Below are positions 29,545 to 38,942 of a stretch of DNA of 64,000 bases, in pieces (within the stretch, counting starts at the first letter, position 1; the number at the start of each line of letters is the position of its first letter). The notes beneath the pieces were generated by a model. The model had not been told where the DNA came from, did no database searches, and worked only from the letters and a program-made list of their open reading frames with translations. The DNA is taken from the NCBI GenBank assembly GCA_963667725.2, contig CAXXHO010000003.1, forward strand, positions 288,001 through 352,000, given 5' to 3'. The position numbers were made by a program, and so were the translations under genes. Origin of the DNA: Treponemataceae bacterium (lineage in GTDB: Bacteria > Spirochaetota > Spirochaetia > Treponematales > Rectinemataceae).

Positions 29545-29918
29545 GCGCGAAGGAATTTACCTGCGTAGTGTGTCCCAACGGTTGTTCCATCGTCGTCGAC
29601 ATCGATGACGATGAAACGCCCATCGTGACGGGGATTCAGGGGAACACCTGCAAAAGGGGCGCCGAATGGGCGCGTCAGGAAGTTGAAAATCCGATGCGGA
29701 CCATAGCGTCCAGCGTCTCCGTTCGCGGCGGGGATTTCCCTCTCGCCAGCGTTCGGACGAGTAGGCCCATACCATTGGCGAAAATTCGGCGAGTCATGGA
29801 GGAAATCCAAAAAATCTCCGTGAACGCGCCGGTGGCCATAGGCGATGTCGTCATCGCGCGGCCGGCCGGCTGCGATACGGAAATCGTTGTCACCAGAAAC
29901 GTCAGATCTTCTTCTTAA
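29541..29918 (+). CDS. DUF1667 family Cys-rich protein
   Basis: CVVCPNGC...GNTCKRG..WA..E..NP.R; ATGA overlap. Confidence 0.85.
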   Translation: MSAKEFTCVVCPNGCSIVVDIDDDETPIVTGIQGNTCKRGAEWARQEVENPMRTIASSVSVRGGDFPLASVRTSRPIPLAKIRRVMEEIQKISVNAPVAIGDVVIARPAGCDTEIVVTRNVRSSS

Positions 29919-30882
29919 GGCTTCCACCCTTGATCGCGTCTATCGATACCGAGATGATGAGCACGGAACCGATGACGACCTGTTGCCAGAACGAAGGGAT
30001 GTTGAGCATGACCATGCCATTGTTCAGGGTGCAGAGCACAAGGACGCCGAAAAGGGTGCCCAGGATGGTGCCCCGGCCGCCGGCGAGTCCGGCGCCTCCC
30101 AGGATGACGGCCGACAGGGCCTGCATATTGATCTCGCCGGCGGCCTGCGGCAGGGCTGCGCCAGTCTGAGCCGAAAGCAGAAGGGCCGCGATTCCGGCCA
30201 TAAGACCATGGATCATGTACAGCGTAGCTTTGATCCGATTCACCTTGACGCCCGCGAGGAAGCTGGCCTGAGGATTGCCGCCCACCATGTAGATAGTCCG
30301 TCCGAACACGGTCCGGCGACCGATCACCGAGAAAATGATGTAACAGACAAGCATGATGATCAATGAAAGCGGGATGCTACCGAAGAGCCGATGCCGCCCG
30401 ATATACTGGAATACCGGATCCGACAGGACGTAGGAGCTGCCGTCGTTGAGAAGGTAACAGATGCCGCGCATGATCTGCATGGAGGCGAGGGTGGTTATGA
30501 AGGGATTCAGCTTCAGGACGGTGATGAAGAAGCCGTTGAAAGCCCCGAAGAGAAGGCCCGCGGCAAGCGATATCGGAATGACGGCCGCGATGGGTAGGTG
30601 GTAGTCGACCATCATCTTCCCCGCGATCATGCCAATGACGGCGATTTGGGAGCCCACCGAGAGGTCGATGCAGCCGGACACGTTGATGAAGGTCATGCTG
30701 CAGGCGACCGTGCCCATGATGGCCGCGTAAAGGCCTATGTTCAGCAGGTTTCTGGTCGACAGGAAATGGGGCGACGTCAGGGAGAAGAAGACCATGAGAA
30801 GCGTGAGCGCCCCGATGACCGTTATCATCGACGAAGCGTTGTCGGAGGACAGATATCGCTTGATTCTTTCGGAAAACGTCAT
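29902..30882 (-). CDS. Sugar ABC transporter permease (RbsC-like)
   Basis: IDLSVGS, PFITTL, T.FGR..Y.VGGN..AS..AG, AVILGG..L.GG.G. Confidence 0.92.
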   Translation of the reverse strand: MTFSERIKRYLSSDNASSMITVIGALTLLMVFFSLTSPHFLSTRNLLNIGLYAAIMGTVACSMTFINVSGCIDLSVGSQIAVIGMIAGKMMVDYHLPIAAVIPISLAAGLLFGAFNGFFITVLKLNPFITTLASMQIMRGICYLLNDGSSYVLSDPVFQYIGRHRLFGSIPLSLIIMLVCYIIFSVIGRRTVFGRTIYMVGGNPQASFLAGVKVNRIKATLYMIHGLMAGIAALLLSAQTGAALPQAAGEINMQALSAVILGGAGLAGGRGTILGTLFGVLVLCTLNNGMVMLNIPSFWQQVVIGSVLIISVSIDAIKGGSLKKKI

Positions 30883-30912
30883 TCATTCCCGCCTTATGTT
30901 AAAATGAATTGT

Positions 30913-32430
30913 CTAGCCGCCTATGGCCAGCCGGAGGACTTGTTCCTGGGTTGTCGCCTTCGCGTTCAGGATTCCCATGACCTTGCCTTCGTGCATCACC
31001 ATGATCTCGTCGCTCATGTTGAGGAGCTCCGGCATCTCGGAGGTTATCATGATGACGCACTTTCCGAGCGCGCAGAGATCCTGGAGAAGACGATAAATCT
31101 CCGCCTTGGCGCCGACGTCGATGCCTCTCGTCGGCTCGTTGAGGATGAGAACCGCTGGCTCCAGCTCGAGCCAGCGCGCCAGGACAACCTTCTGCTGATT
31201 GCCTCCCGAAAGGGACTCGGCGGCCGTGTTCCCAGAGGGTGTCTTCACGCTCAGGTTTCTTATCCATTTGGCGGCGATGCTCTCTTCTAGAGCCTTATCG
31301 ATGAACTTCCGCTTATGGAGGGCATAGTACGATATCATGATGTTGCTCTTCACCGAGGCGTTCAGGACAAGACCTTCGATTTTCCTCTCCGCCGGAACAT
31401 AGGCAATGCCCGCCTTCAAGGCTTCCAGGGGATTGGTGATCTTCGTGGCCACACCGTCCACCTTGATCTCGCCTTGGGCGTAGCTCATCTGGCCGAAGAC
31501 CGTCGGCCCTACCTCGAGATGTCCCGATCCCAAAAGACCATATATCCCGAAAATCGTTCCCTTGCGCGCCGTGAAGCTCAAGTCCCGGAAAACGTTATTG
31601 GTGAGGTTCGCGACCTCGAGGGCCACATCGCCCGCGACAGTCTCCCGCTTGGGGTACATGACAGACAGGTTTCTGCCTACCATCATGGAAATGAGCGTTT
31701 CTCTCGTCGCGTCGCTGATATTCACCTGACCGGTCACGATTCCGTCCCTGAGGACGACCACGCGGTCGGCCAGGCGGAACAGTTCGTCCAGTTTGTGGGA
31801 GATGTATATGACGGCCACGCCCATGGACGCCATGCGGTCCACCAGCTCAAAAAGCCGCTCCGTCTCCACGTCGTTGAGCGAACTTGTCGGCTCGTCGAGT
31901 ATCAGGACTTTGACATCCTCGGCCATAACCTTGGCGATTTCGATGAGCTGTTTCTGCGCCACCGTGCAATTGCCGAGCAGCATCTTTGGATCCAGGTCCA
32001 GCCCGATCCTGGCCATGATCTCCTTGGCCTCCCGCTCGAGCCTTCTCTGGTCCACGAAAGGGCCGCGCCTAGGCAGGTTGCTCATGAAAATATTTTCGGC
32101 CACGGAAATGCTCGGGACATAGTTGAGCTCCTGGTGGACCACCCCTATCCCGGCCGATCTGGCGTCCATGGGGATCTCGAAGACGCGGACCTGGCCATCG
32201 AGCTCGAGCTTTCCGGCATCGCATTGATATACCCCGCAAAGTATCTTGATCAACGTCGATTTGCCCGCTCCGTTCTCCCCGAGCAAGGCCACGACCTCTC
32301 CCTTCCTGACGTTGAAATCCACGTTCGTGAGGGCTTTTACCCCCGGGAAAGACTTGCTGACGCCGATCGCCCGGAGAACTATCGCCGCACCTTCAAGGTT
32401 CCTTTTCTGCGCCACAACCGCTCCTGCCAT
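30913..32430 (-). CDS. Sugar ABC transporter ATP-binding protein (RbsA-like)
   Basis: GENGAGKST, LDEPT, LSGGNQQKV; tandem NBDs. Confidence 0.93.
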   Translation of the reverse strand: MAGAVVAQKRNLEGAAIVLRAIGVSKSFPGVKALTNVDFNVRKGEVVALLGENGAGKSTLIKILCGVYQCDAGKLELDGQVRVFEIPMDARSAGIGVVHQELNYVPSISVAENIFMSNLPRRGPFVDQRRLEREAKEIMARIGLDLDPKMLLGNCTVAQKQLIEIAKVMAEDVKVLILDEPTSSLNDVETERLFELVDRMASMGVAVIYISHKLDELFRLADRVVVLRDGIVTGQVNISDATRETLISMMVGRNLSVMYPKRETVAGDVALEVANLTNNVFRDLSFTARKGTIFGIYGLLGSGHLEVGPTVFGQMSYAQGEIKVDGVATKITNPLEALKAGIAYVPAERKIEGLVLNASVKSNIMISYYALHKRKFIDKALEESIAAKWIRNLSVKTPSGNTAAESLSGGNQQKVVLARWLELEPAVLILNEPTRGIDVGAKAEIYRLLQDLCALGKCVIMITSEMPELLNMSDEIMVMHEGKVMGILNAKATTQEQVLRLAIGG

Positions 32431-32464
32431 TCGCTTTTATCTCGATTCCACGCATCTGCGCAGG

Positions 32465-32488
32465 CGCCCCGGCTGTACAGCCGGGGCG
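32465..32488. other. GC-rich palindrome between the SBP and ATPase genes (probable mRNA-stabilising stem-loop)
   Basis: CGCCCCGGCTGTACAGCCGGGGCG is a perfect palindrome without a U-tract. Confidence 0.6.
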
Positions 32489-32541
32489 TTGATACCGTCC
32501 GTCCATCCATCCAAGAGTATAGAATGGACGGCCTATCCTTG

Positions 32542-33528
32542 CTACTTGAGATTATTCCAGGGAAGGTTGTCCAGGGGATAGTACTTCTTGATATTGTCCC
32601 AGCTGACCGGCTCGTGCTGGATGAAATACGTCGCTTCGGTTTTAGCCTTGGCCACCATCTTGTCCAGTATCTGGAATATCCATTCGCCGTAGCGGTTGGG
32701 GAAGAAGCCGATGCTGGCGATCCAGTTGGTCTTGCCTTCCTTGGCGTACAGAGCCTCGACGAACTCCCTGGCGGAATTCTGCGAGACGATGACCACCTCT
32801 TTTGTCCTTCCGGCGATTTCGGCGGCCGAATAGGCGCCGTTGGCGTAGAGGTCGTTCATGGAAGCCACCGCTATGCGCGTGGAGGCGGGGTGCGCCATGA
32901 GGAAATCGGAGAACATCTGCTGCATCCTGGCGACGTCGCCTGAGGTGTCGAGCACGGTAATCTGGTTGGCGTTTACCTGGATGCCCTTGTTGCGCAGGCC
33001 GTCGACGAACTTGTGTACTCGCGGAGCCACGGTCGCGCCGGACATGGCCTGGGCGAGGAGGACGACATTATCCACCTGTCCTTTCCAATTCTTGTTGATC
33101 CAGTCGCCTGCGAATTCTCCGCCGAGCGTGCCGGCGCGGATGTTGTCGGCGCCGAAGTAGATGGCGCCCGGGTGCGGAATGTCGACCGCGATGACAGGAA
33201 TCTTGGCCGCGTTGAATTTCTCCATGATGACAGGGGCGACAGAGCCGTCGACGTTAAATTCGATCATGTAGTCGATCCGCTGGGTGATGAGATCGTCGGC
33301 GTTGCGCACCGCGGTCGCCCCATCCGAAGCGTTGTCCAGGCTGACGATGTCCCAACCGCGCTTCTTGGCTTCGACCTCGATGCCGTTGCGCACCATCTTG
33401 GTGAACGCCGACCTCTCGTTGATGTTCGCGAACCCGATCTTGATTCGCTTGGTCGCCTTGGCCTGGCTGAAGCCCATCGTCCCCAAGGCTAGCATCGCCA
33501 CCGCGAAAACCGCTAATACTTTTCTCAT
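32542..33528 (-). CDS. Sugar ABC transporter substrate-binding protein
   Basis: Signal peptide; IPVIAVD, YFGADN..AG, ND..A.GA; GGAGG RBS. Confidence 0.92.
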   Translation of the reverse strand: MRKVLAVFAVAMLALGTMGFSQAKATKRIKIGFANINERSAFTKMVRNGIEVEAKKRGWDIVSLDNASDGATAVRNADDLITQRIDYMIEFNVDGSVAPVIMEKFNAAKIPVIAVDIPHPGAIYFGADNIRAGTLGGEFAGDWINKNWKGQVDNVVLLAQAMSGATVAPRVHKFVDGLRNKGIQVNANQITVLDTSGDVARMQQMFSDFLMAHPASTRIAVASMNDLYANGAYSAAEIAGRTKEVVIVSQNSAREFVEALYAKEGKTNWIASIGFFPNRYGEWIFQILDKMVAKAKTEATYFIQHEPVSWDNIKKYYPLDNLPWNNLK

Positions 33529-33585
33529 CGTTTCCTCCTTCGAAAGATATGGCGCCCGCTTCCCGCGCGGCAGGCGCCGGAATGC

Positions 33586-35046
33586 CTACTCATTGGATAT
33601 CCGGGCGTAGTCGATTCCGAGCGCCTCGGCCACCTTCACCAGCTCGTCGCCATGGTGCCCGATGCCCAAGGCGAAGTGGTGGGTCGGGCCCTCTGCAGTC
33701 CACCGCTTGAGAAAGGTTTTCAGGTCGGGCTTGAAATAGCCGTGCGTGTTCGTGTTTCCCGTAGGAGGGATCGCCCCTTGGAGAGATTCTCCCTCGGCGA
33801 TGACGAACTTGAGCCCTCCCTCGGCGTTTACGGTGACGCTCAGCATGGTGAGGGGGCCTTCCTTGATCTTGAACTCCACTCCCGCGCCGCTGCCCGGTTT
33901 GCCATGATACTTGCTCAGAGACCTGAGCACCGGCTTGCTGTCGGCGATGTTAAGGTGGTGAGGGCCGTCGTGGCCCACCAGAATGGATCCCGTGTTGAAG
34001 TCCAGAGGGTGGAATTCGGCGAAGCTTCCGCCAATTTCCAGCCTGTCCATGATGAGCATGGCCACGCAGGTTTTCAGGTCGAACTCGCCGCACATCGGGA
34101 AGCCGGCCGCGGTGAGGAGGGAGTTGCCGACGATGAAATTCGTCACCATCGTGCGCAGATCGGAGCCTGCCTCCCCCTCATAATAATAGGCGAGGCCGGT
34201 GAGATCCAGCTCGTCGATGGCCATTTCCAGAGCCACCGCGGCCTTGGACGCCACCATAAGGTCGGTTTCCGCGAGCGTGGAGGTCAATATATCCGAGACT
34301 GGCGCCGGCGTGTCGAAGAAGGAAAGAATCCGTTTCCTCATGGCCGCGAGATCCGCACCGCCCAAACGAGCGTAATGTTTGAACACATCCTCAGGCTCGA
34401 CCTGAACCACATGGCAGCCGAAGGTGCGCGTCATGAGCGTGGGATCCACGTGCATATCGTACATGCATTCGAGGACATGACCCATGAGCCCGATCCGGGC
34501 GCTCTTCAGATCGTGAAGGACATGGGCGATCCTGCACCACGAGCGGATTTCTTCGTCGGCCTCCTCGTCTCCTTCCCTGAGCCCGATGACGAGGGGAGGA
34601 GTCTTCTTCCCCATCCGGACCGCGACGGAGCAGAATTCCGGGACCGAGCAGAAATCGTCGTTGCAGAGCTGCATGAAGGTAGTCCCGCGGGCGTACTCCA
34701 TGGCTTTGAGGGGCTGAAGGACCACGAGGACGATAGGTATGTTCAAGGCCTGAACCAGCGGAGCGAAGGTGGCCGAGGTCGCGTAGGTCACCATATCGAT
34801 GAAGAGCAGGTCGAGATCGGCCTTCCTGATCTCCTCCAGCGCGCGATACGCGGTCCGCGAATCGTCGATCAATCCGAAATCCTTGATTTCCACGGCGCAG
34901 CCTTCCAGCTTGAGCCTAAAAGCCGCCGTTTTCTGAACCATAACCTCGCGCAGTCCCTCAAATTGTTCCCAATATGTATGGTGTCCCACGCCCAGCACAC
35001 CAACGCGGGCGTAGAGCGGGCTTCTTCGTTCGATGATCATTGTCAC
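33586..35046 (-). CDS. L-fucose/L-arabinose isomerase family protein
   Basis: GE.DLK, GGSFAEFH, GHDGPHH, GPTHHFALG.GH. Confidence 0.85.
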   Translation of the reverse strand: MTMIIERRSPLYARVGVLGVGHHTYWEQFEGLREVMVQKTAAFRLKLEGCAVEIKDFGLIDDSRTAYRALEEIRKADLDLLFIDMVTYATSATFAPLVQALNIPIVLVVLQPLKAMEYARGTTFMQLCNDDFCSVPEFCSVAVRMGKKTPPLVIGLREGDEEADEEIRSWCRIAHVLHDLKSARIGLMGHVLECMYDMHVDPTLMTRTFGCHVVQVEPEDVFKHYARLGGADLAAMRKRILSFFDTPAPVSDILTSTLAETDLMVASKAAVALEMAIDELDLTGLAYYYEGEAGSDLRTMVTNFIVGNSLLTAAGFPMCGEFDLKTCVAMLIMDRLEIGGSFAEFHPLDFNTGSILVGHDGPHHLNIADSKPVLRSLSKYHGKPGSGAGVEFKIKEGPLTMLSVTVNAEGGLKFVIAEGESLQGAIPPTGNTNTHGYFKPDLKTFLKRWTAEGPTHHFALGIGHHGDELVKVAEALGIDYARISNE

Positions 35047-35231
35047 TCCTACTCGACTATGACACTGATACTAAGCCCTTGCCGGAAAGGCCGTCAAATG
35101 AAATTCGTCGAGCAAGCTTGCGATTAGGTTGTAATTTAATAATTATAAATATATATAATAAAAAGATATAAAAATAATTTAATAATTAGTATAAAAAAAA
35201 TTAGCATCTAGGTTGCGCGATGGTTTTAATA

Positions 35232-35260
35232 TTGCATTTTGCCGAAAACGCCATTACACT
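35232..35260 (+). promoter_or_regulatory. Putative sigma70 promoter (leaderless transcript)
   Basis: TTGCAT-17bp-TACACT ending 7 nt before ATG 35268. Confidence 0.5.
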
Positions 35261-35267
35261 CGGGACA

Positions 35268-37148
35268 ATGATGTTCAGCCCGAGACAGACAGCCATCCTG
35301 CGCATGGTTCACAAGTGCGGAACTCTCTCTATAGCCAAACTCTCCGAGGCTTTTCCCGTGAGCCGCGAAACCTTGAGGAAGGACCTCGTGTTTCTCGAGT
35401 CCAATGGCTATATAGGCCGAAAGTATGGCCTCGTTGATTTTCTGGACGGAGAACCGGGCAAACAATGGTTGAGCATAGAGCGACGTCTGTCCGCCTCCCA
35501 GCGGAGGGATCGTATCCTGGAGCTGGTTCAGGGTCATAAAAATGTCAGGATATCGGCCCTCGCTGCCAGGCTTAGGGTGTCCGGCATCACCGTGCGTTCG
35601 GATCTCCTGCAATTGGAACGTTTGGGCCTCGTCGTGAGGAAGCACGGTTCCGTATCGCCCCTCGCCGGAGCCGAGGATCGCTCGGAGACCGCCTCATTCA
35701 GTAGCTTCCCGCCCAAGGTGCGCATCCTAGGCGAGCATGCCCTCCTGCGCATCAGCCCGGGCGATACAATCTACCTCGGCGCCGGGGAGATTTCTCGCTA
35801 CATCGCCACTTCCTTGCCTTCCGACGCCAACATCACCGTCGTGTCGGACGACCTCGATATCCTTTCCCTGCTTCGCAGGCGGCGATATGCTTCCCCGATC
35901 CACGTTCTTCCCGGCCGGCTTCGGTTCGACTCGCCGACCATCGTCGTGGAGCACGCGCAAGGCGTATTCGCCAAACTGATCATCGGCAAAGCCTTTCTCA
36001 TGATCTCCTCCTACGCGGACGGGACATACTACATGGAGAGCCAGGAAGCCGTGGCCAACGCGGTCGAGGCGAGCAGGAACGCGGCGGCGCTCTACTTCAT
36101 CCTCGAATCGGTCATGCTGGACAAACGCGGTAATTTCCCCTTTCCCTATCGCGATTTCCGCGAAAAAGTGCAGGAAATTCTCATCGATGACAGCGTGGAT
36201 CAATCGGTGGTCAACTACCTTTTCCCCCGTCGGGATCCCGTTGTCGTCCAAGGCGCCGATTTTTCCTTCAAACGCGGTCGAAGGCAGAAATTCCGGATCG
36301 GCTTCCTGGTCGATCGGGACAGGGGATTCTTCATACAGGAAGTCTACAACAGCGTCCTGGACTCGGTCGCCGAGCACGACAACCTGTCGCTGGAGATCCG
36401 CGAAACGGAGAGAGGCTTCTATTCGACGGTAAGAAACATAGACATGCTGCTGAACCAGCGCCCCGACTTTATAATCAACTTCAGCCTCTGCGCCGAGTCC
36501 CTTTCCTATATCGGGGACAAATGCAAGGTTCGCGGAATCAAACTTATGACCATCGACCTTCAGGACCGTTCATCCGTCTATTTCGGCGCCGACAACGCGC
36601 TGGCCGGAGCCTTGGCGGCGAACCATACGATCCAGCATATCCAGCAGCATTGGAGAGGACGTCTCGACCATATCGTCGCCTTTGCCCGACGCGGCATCGA
36701 TCCCGTCACCAACCTGCGAGTGATGAGCGTGGTCGAGAGAATCCAGGCCGAGATATGCTGTTCCACGCCCGAGCCCGAGGTCATCGAGTGGGACACTCCC
36801 AACGAGGCGCCCAAGGAGGCGCTCCTGAAGTTCCTGCTCGGCGTCCCCAAGAACGACAAGATCCTCTTCATCACCTTCAATCTGCCCCATATCCTGGGAA
36901 GCTACGAGCTTATAACCCAGTACAGGGACGCGCGGGATACGCTCATCGTAGGCCAGAATTTTAACGAGCAGGTCCAGGAACTCATGCGGAAGCCCGATTC
37001 CCCCATTCTCGGCTGCGTATCTTATAGCCCCGAGAATTATGGAGCCCACGTCATCGACATCGCCCTACGCATGTTGAATGAAGAACCCGTCGACCCGGTA
37101 AACTACACGACCCACACATGGATTTCCAAGGAATCAGTGCTCAAGTGA
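35268..37148 (+). CDS. Hybrid regulator: two DeoR HTHs + DeoR sensor + sugar-binding PBP domain
   Basis: VSRETLRKDL..LE and VSGITVRSDL..LE HTHs; GDTIYLGAG sensor; C-terminal YFGADN..AG domain. Confidence 0.85.
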   Translation: MMFSPRQTAILRMVHKCGTLSIAKLSEAFPVSRETLRKDLVFLESNGYIGRKYGLVDFLDGEPGKQWLSIERRLSASQRRDRILELVQGHKNVRISALAARLRVSGITVRSDLLQLERLGLVVRKHGSVSPLAGAEDRSETASFSSFPPKVRILGEHALLRISPGDTIYLGAGEISRYIATSLPSDANITVVSDDLDILSLLRRRRYASPIHVLPGRLRFDSPTIVVEHAQGVFAKLIIGKAFLMISSYADGTYYMESQEAVANAVEASRNAAALYFILESVMLDKRGNFPFPYRDFREKVQEILIDDSVDQSVVNYLFPRRDPVVVQGADFSFKRGRRQKFRIGFLVDRDRGFFIQEVYNSVLDSVAEHDNLSLEIRETERGFYSTVRNIDMLLNQRPDFIINFSLCAESLSYIGDKCKVRGIKLMTIDLQDRSSVYFGADNALAGALAANHTIQHIQQHWRGRLDHIVAFARRGIDPVTNLRVMSVVERIQAEICCSTPEPEVIEWDTPNEAPKEALLKFLLGVPKNDKILFITFNLPHILGSYELITQYRDARDTLIVGQNFNEQVQELMRKPDSPILGCVSYSPENYGAHVIDIALRMLNEEPVDPVNYTTHTWISKESVLK

Positions 37149-37171
37149 ACTAAAAGGTATCGACCTTCTAG

Positions 37172-37456
37172 TCAAAATTTACTATTCAATCGTAATTTAG
37201 ACTTCTTTCCGAAAACTTCTGCAACCTTGCTGATAGTCGATAAGCGGATATCTTCAGTATGGTTTTCCATCCATGAAATTACGTTCTTTTTTGTTTTCAG
37301 CTTTATTTCCAGCTCTTCTTGAGTCATCTCTTCTTTTTTCCTCAGCTCTTTAAGCAGAAGGCCTACCTTGAACTTGTCGCAGCCGGTTTCAAAGCTTTTT
37401 TCGAATTCCGAGTCTTTCTTTTTCCTGTTCTCGATATATACGGAAAGATCACTCAT
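37172..37456 (-). CDS. HigA-like XRE antitoxin
   Basis: MTQEEL...L.TKK..IS..EN...DIRLST; directly downstream of a RelE/Gp49-like toxin remnant. Confidence 0.75.
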   Translation of the reverse strand: MSDLSVYIENRKKKDSEFEKSFETGCDKFKVGLLLKELRKKEEMTQEELEIKLKTKKNVISWMENHTEDIRLSTISKVAEVFGKKSKLRLNSKF

Positions 37457-37703
37457 ATCTTTCTCCTCTTCAAATAGTCGTCCCGATACCTTTCGGCACG
37501 GGAAATATCTTCGGATAGTGTTTTCTGGCTCTTTTTGCCAAAGCCATTTGTCAAAATCACCAGACTACCCGAATCCATAAAGCACAGAATCCTATACCCT
37601 ATCCGGCCAATAGAAATTCTGCATTCCCATATCTCATCGGCCTCGGTTAGTTTCTTGAAATACTGATACGATACCATGTCCAATTCCTCAATGATGTGCA
37701 ATA
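37453..37703 (-). pseudogene. 5'-truncated RelE/HigB (Gp49-like) toxin
   Basis: YFKKL...IWECR....YRILCF....VILTNGF.KKSQKT; the N-terminus is replaced by the IS3 end. Confidence 0.8.
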
Positions 37704-38900
37704 TGCCCCCTACTGACTTCCATGGACATGTGCGCATTGCCAGGGGAGACTGGAAGGATGAATGAGCGAAGGACCTACAGCGACGAATTAAAAGCTGAAG
37801 CAGTGAGGATGATAACTCGAGAGGGGCTAGCCCAGTCCGAGGTCGGGAAGAAACTGGGAATCCCCAAGGGGACAGTCGGGAACTGGCTTTCGAAATTCGA
37901 GAGCGAAGACGAAACAACAATGGCAGGAGCTCCATCCGTGAGGGAGTTGCTAGCCGAAAACTCCAAGCTCCGCAAGGAGCTGGTCAAAGCAAAAATGAAG
38001 GAAGAAATCTTAAAAAAAGCGACCGCATACTTCGTCAAGGAGTCGTTTCCAAGTATGCGGTCATGAACATGATGCAACTCCAGTACCCCATCAAGATTCT
38101 TAGCCGGACGCTCGGTGTGTCCAGGAGTGGATTCTACACCCGAAGGAATCGACCTTTATCGCTGCGAGCCAAGGGCGACGCCGTATTGAAGCCGATGATT
38201 CTGAAGGCCCATAAAGAAGGGCGAAGTACCTATGGGTTCACAAGGATCCAGTAGAAACTGGCTGAGCAGGAAGTCTATGTTGGCCGGGATCATATTCATC
38301 GACTCAGGAAAGAAATGGGCCTCCATTATATTCAGAATAGGAAATTCAAGGCAACGACAAATTCAGCCCATGATCTACCGGTAGCTCCAAATCTCTTTGA
38401 CCAGAAGTTCGAAGTCGATGCTTTACTTGGCCGGCGTCAAGAACTTCGGTTCAATGGAAATCATCGGGTATTCCATGGGTCCTCGCATTACCAAGGAACT
38501 TGTCCAAGGTGCCTTGGAGAAGGCCCTCCGCTACCGACGACCAGAATCGAGGTGTATCCCTCATTCCGACCGTGGGAGTCAGTATTGTGCCCATAGCTAC
38601 CAGGATCTGGTCAGGAAGTCTGGAATGCGCGCTTCGATGTCCCGCAAGGGTAATTGCTATGATAATGCTCCGACAGAAAGCTTCTTGGGAACATTGAAAC
38701 GGGAAATGGTATCTCACAGGAAATTCTGGACAAGACTCGAAGCCTACGCAGCAATTCAGGAGTGGATAGAAATTTTATACAATTGAATACGCAGACTTAC
38801 GAATATTGGAGGAACTCCAACGGCTCGTTGGGCTGGCTACTACTACGTTACAAGAAAATTGGCATAAGGCGACCGTGTCCACGCTTGACAGTAGGGGTCA
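37704..38900 (+). mobile_element. Decayed IS3-family element
   Basis: IRL TGCCCCCTACTGACTTCCATGGACA and IRR (rc) TGACCCCTACTGTCAAGCGTGGACA; orfA 37758-38066 with A7G slippage site; orfB broken by TAG at 38252 and lacking the W..DITY segment; HSDRGSQY and GNCYDNA remain. Confidence 0.88.
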
Positions 38901-38942
38901 CTCCCTGGCATACAGACATTCTGCGACACAAGGACGCTCATC

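Noticed and set aside
479..36964. Many long antisense or alternate-frame ORFs (e.g. 479-1525, 16011-17549, 31315-32943, 33652-35127)
   Set aside because: Shadows of real genes in GC-rich DNA; no motifs or RBS.
37453..37935. 160-aa ORF as an intact toxin
   Set aside because: Its N-terminal half is antisense IS3 sequence; only the part below 37703 is toxin.
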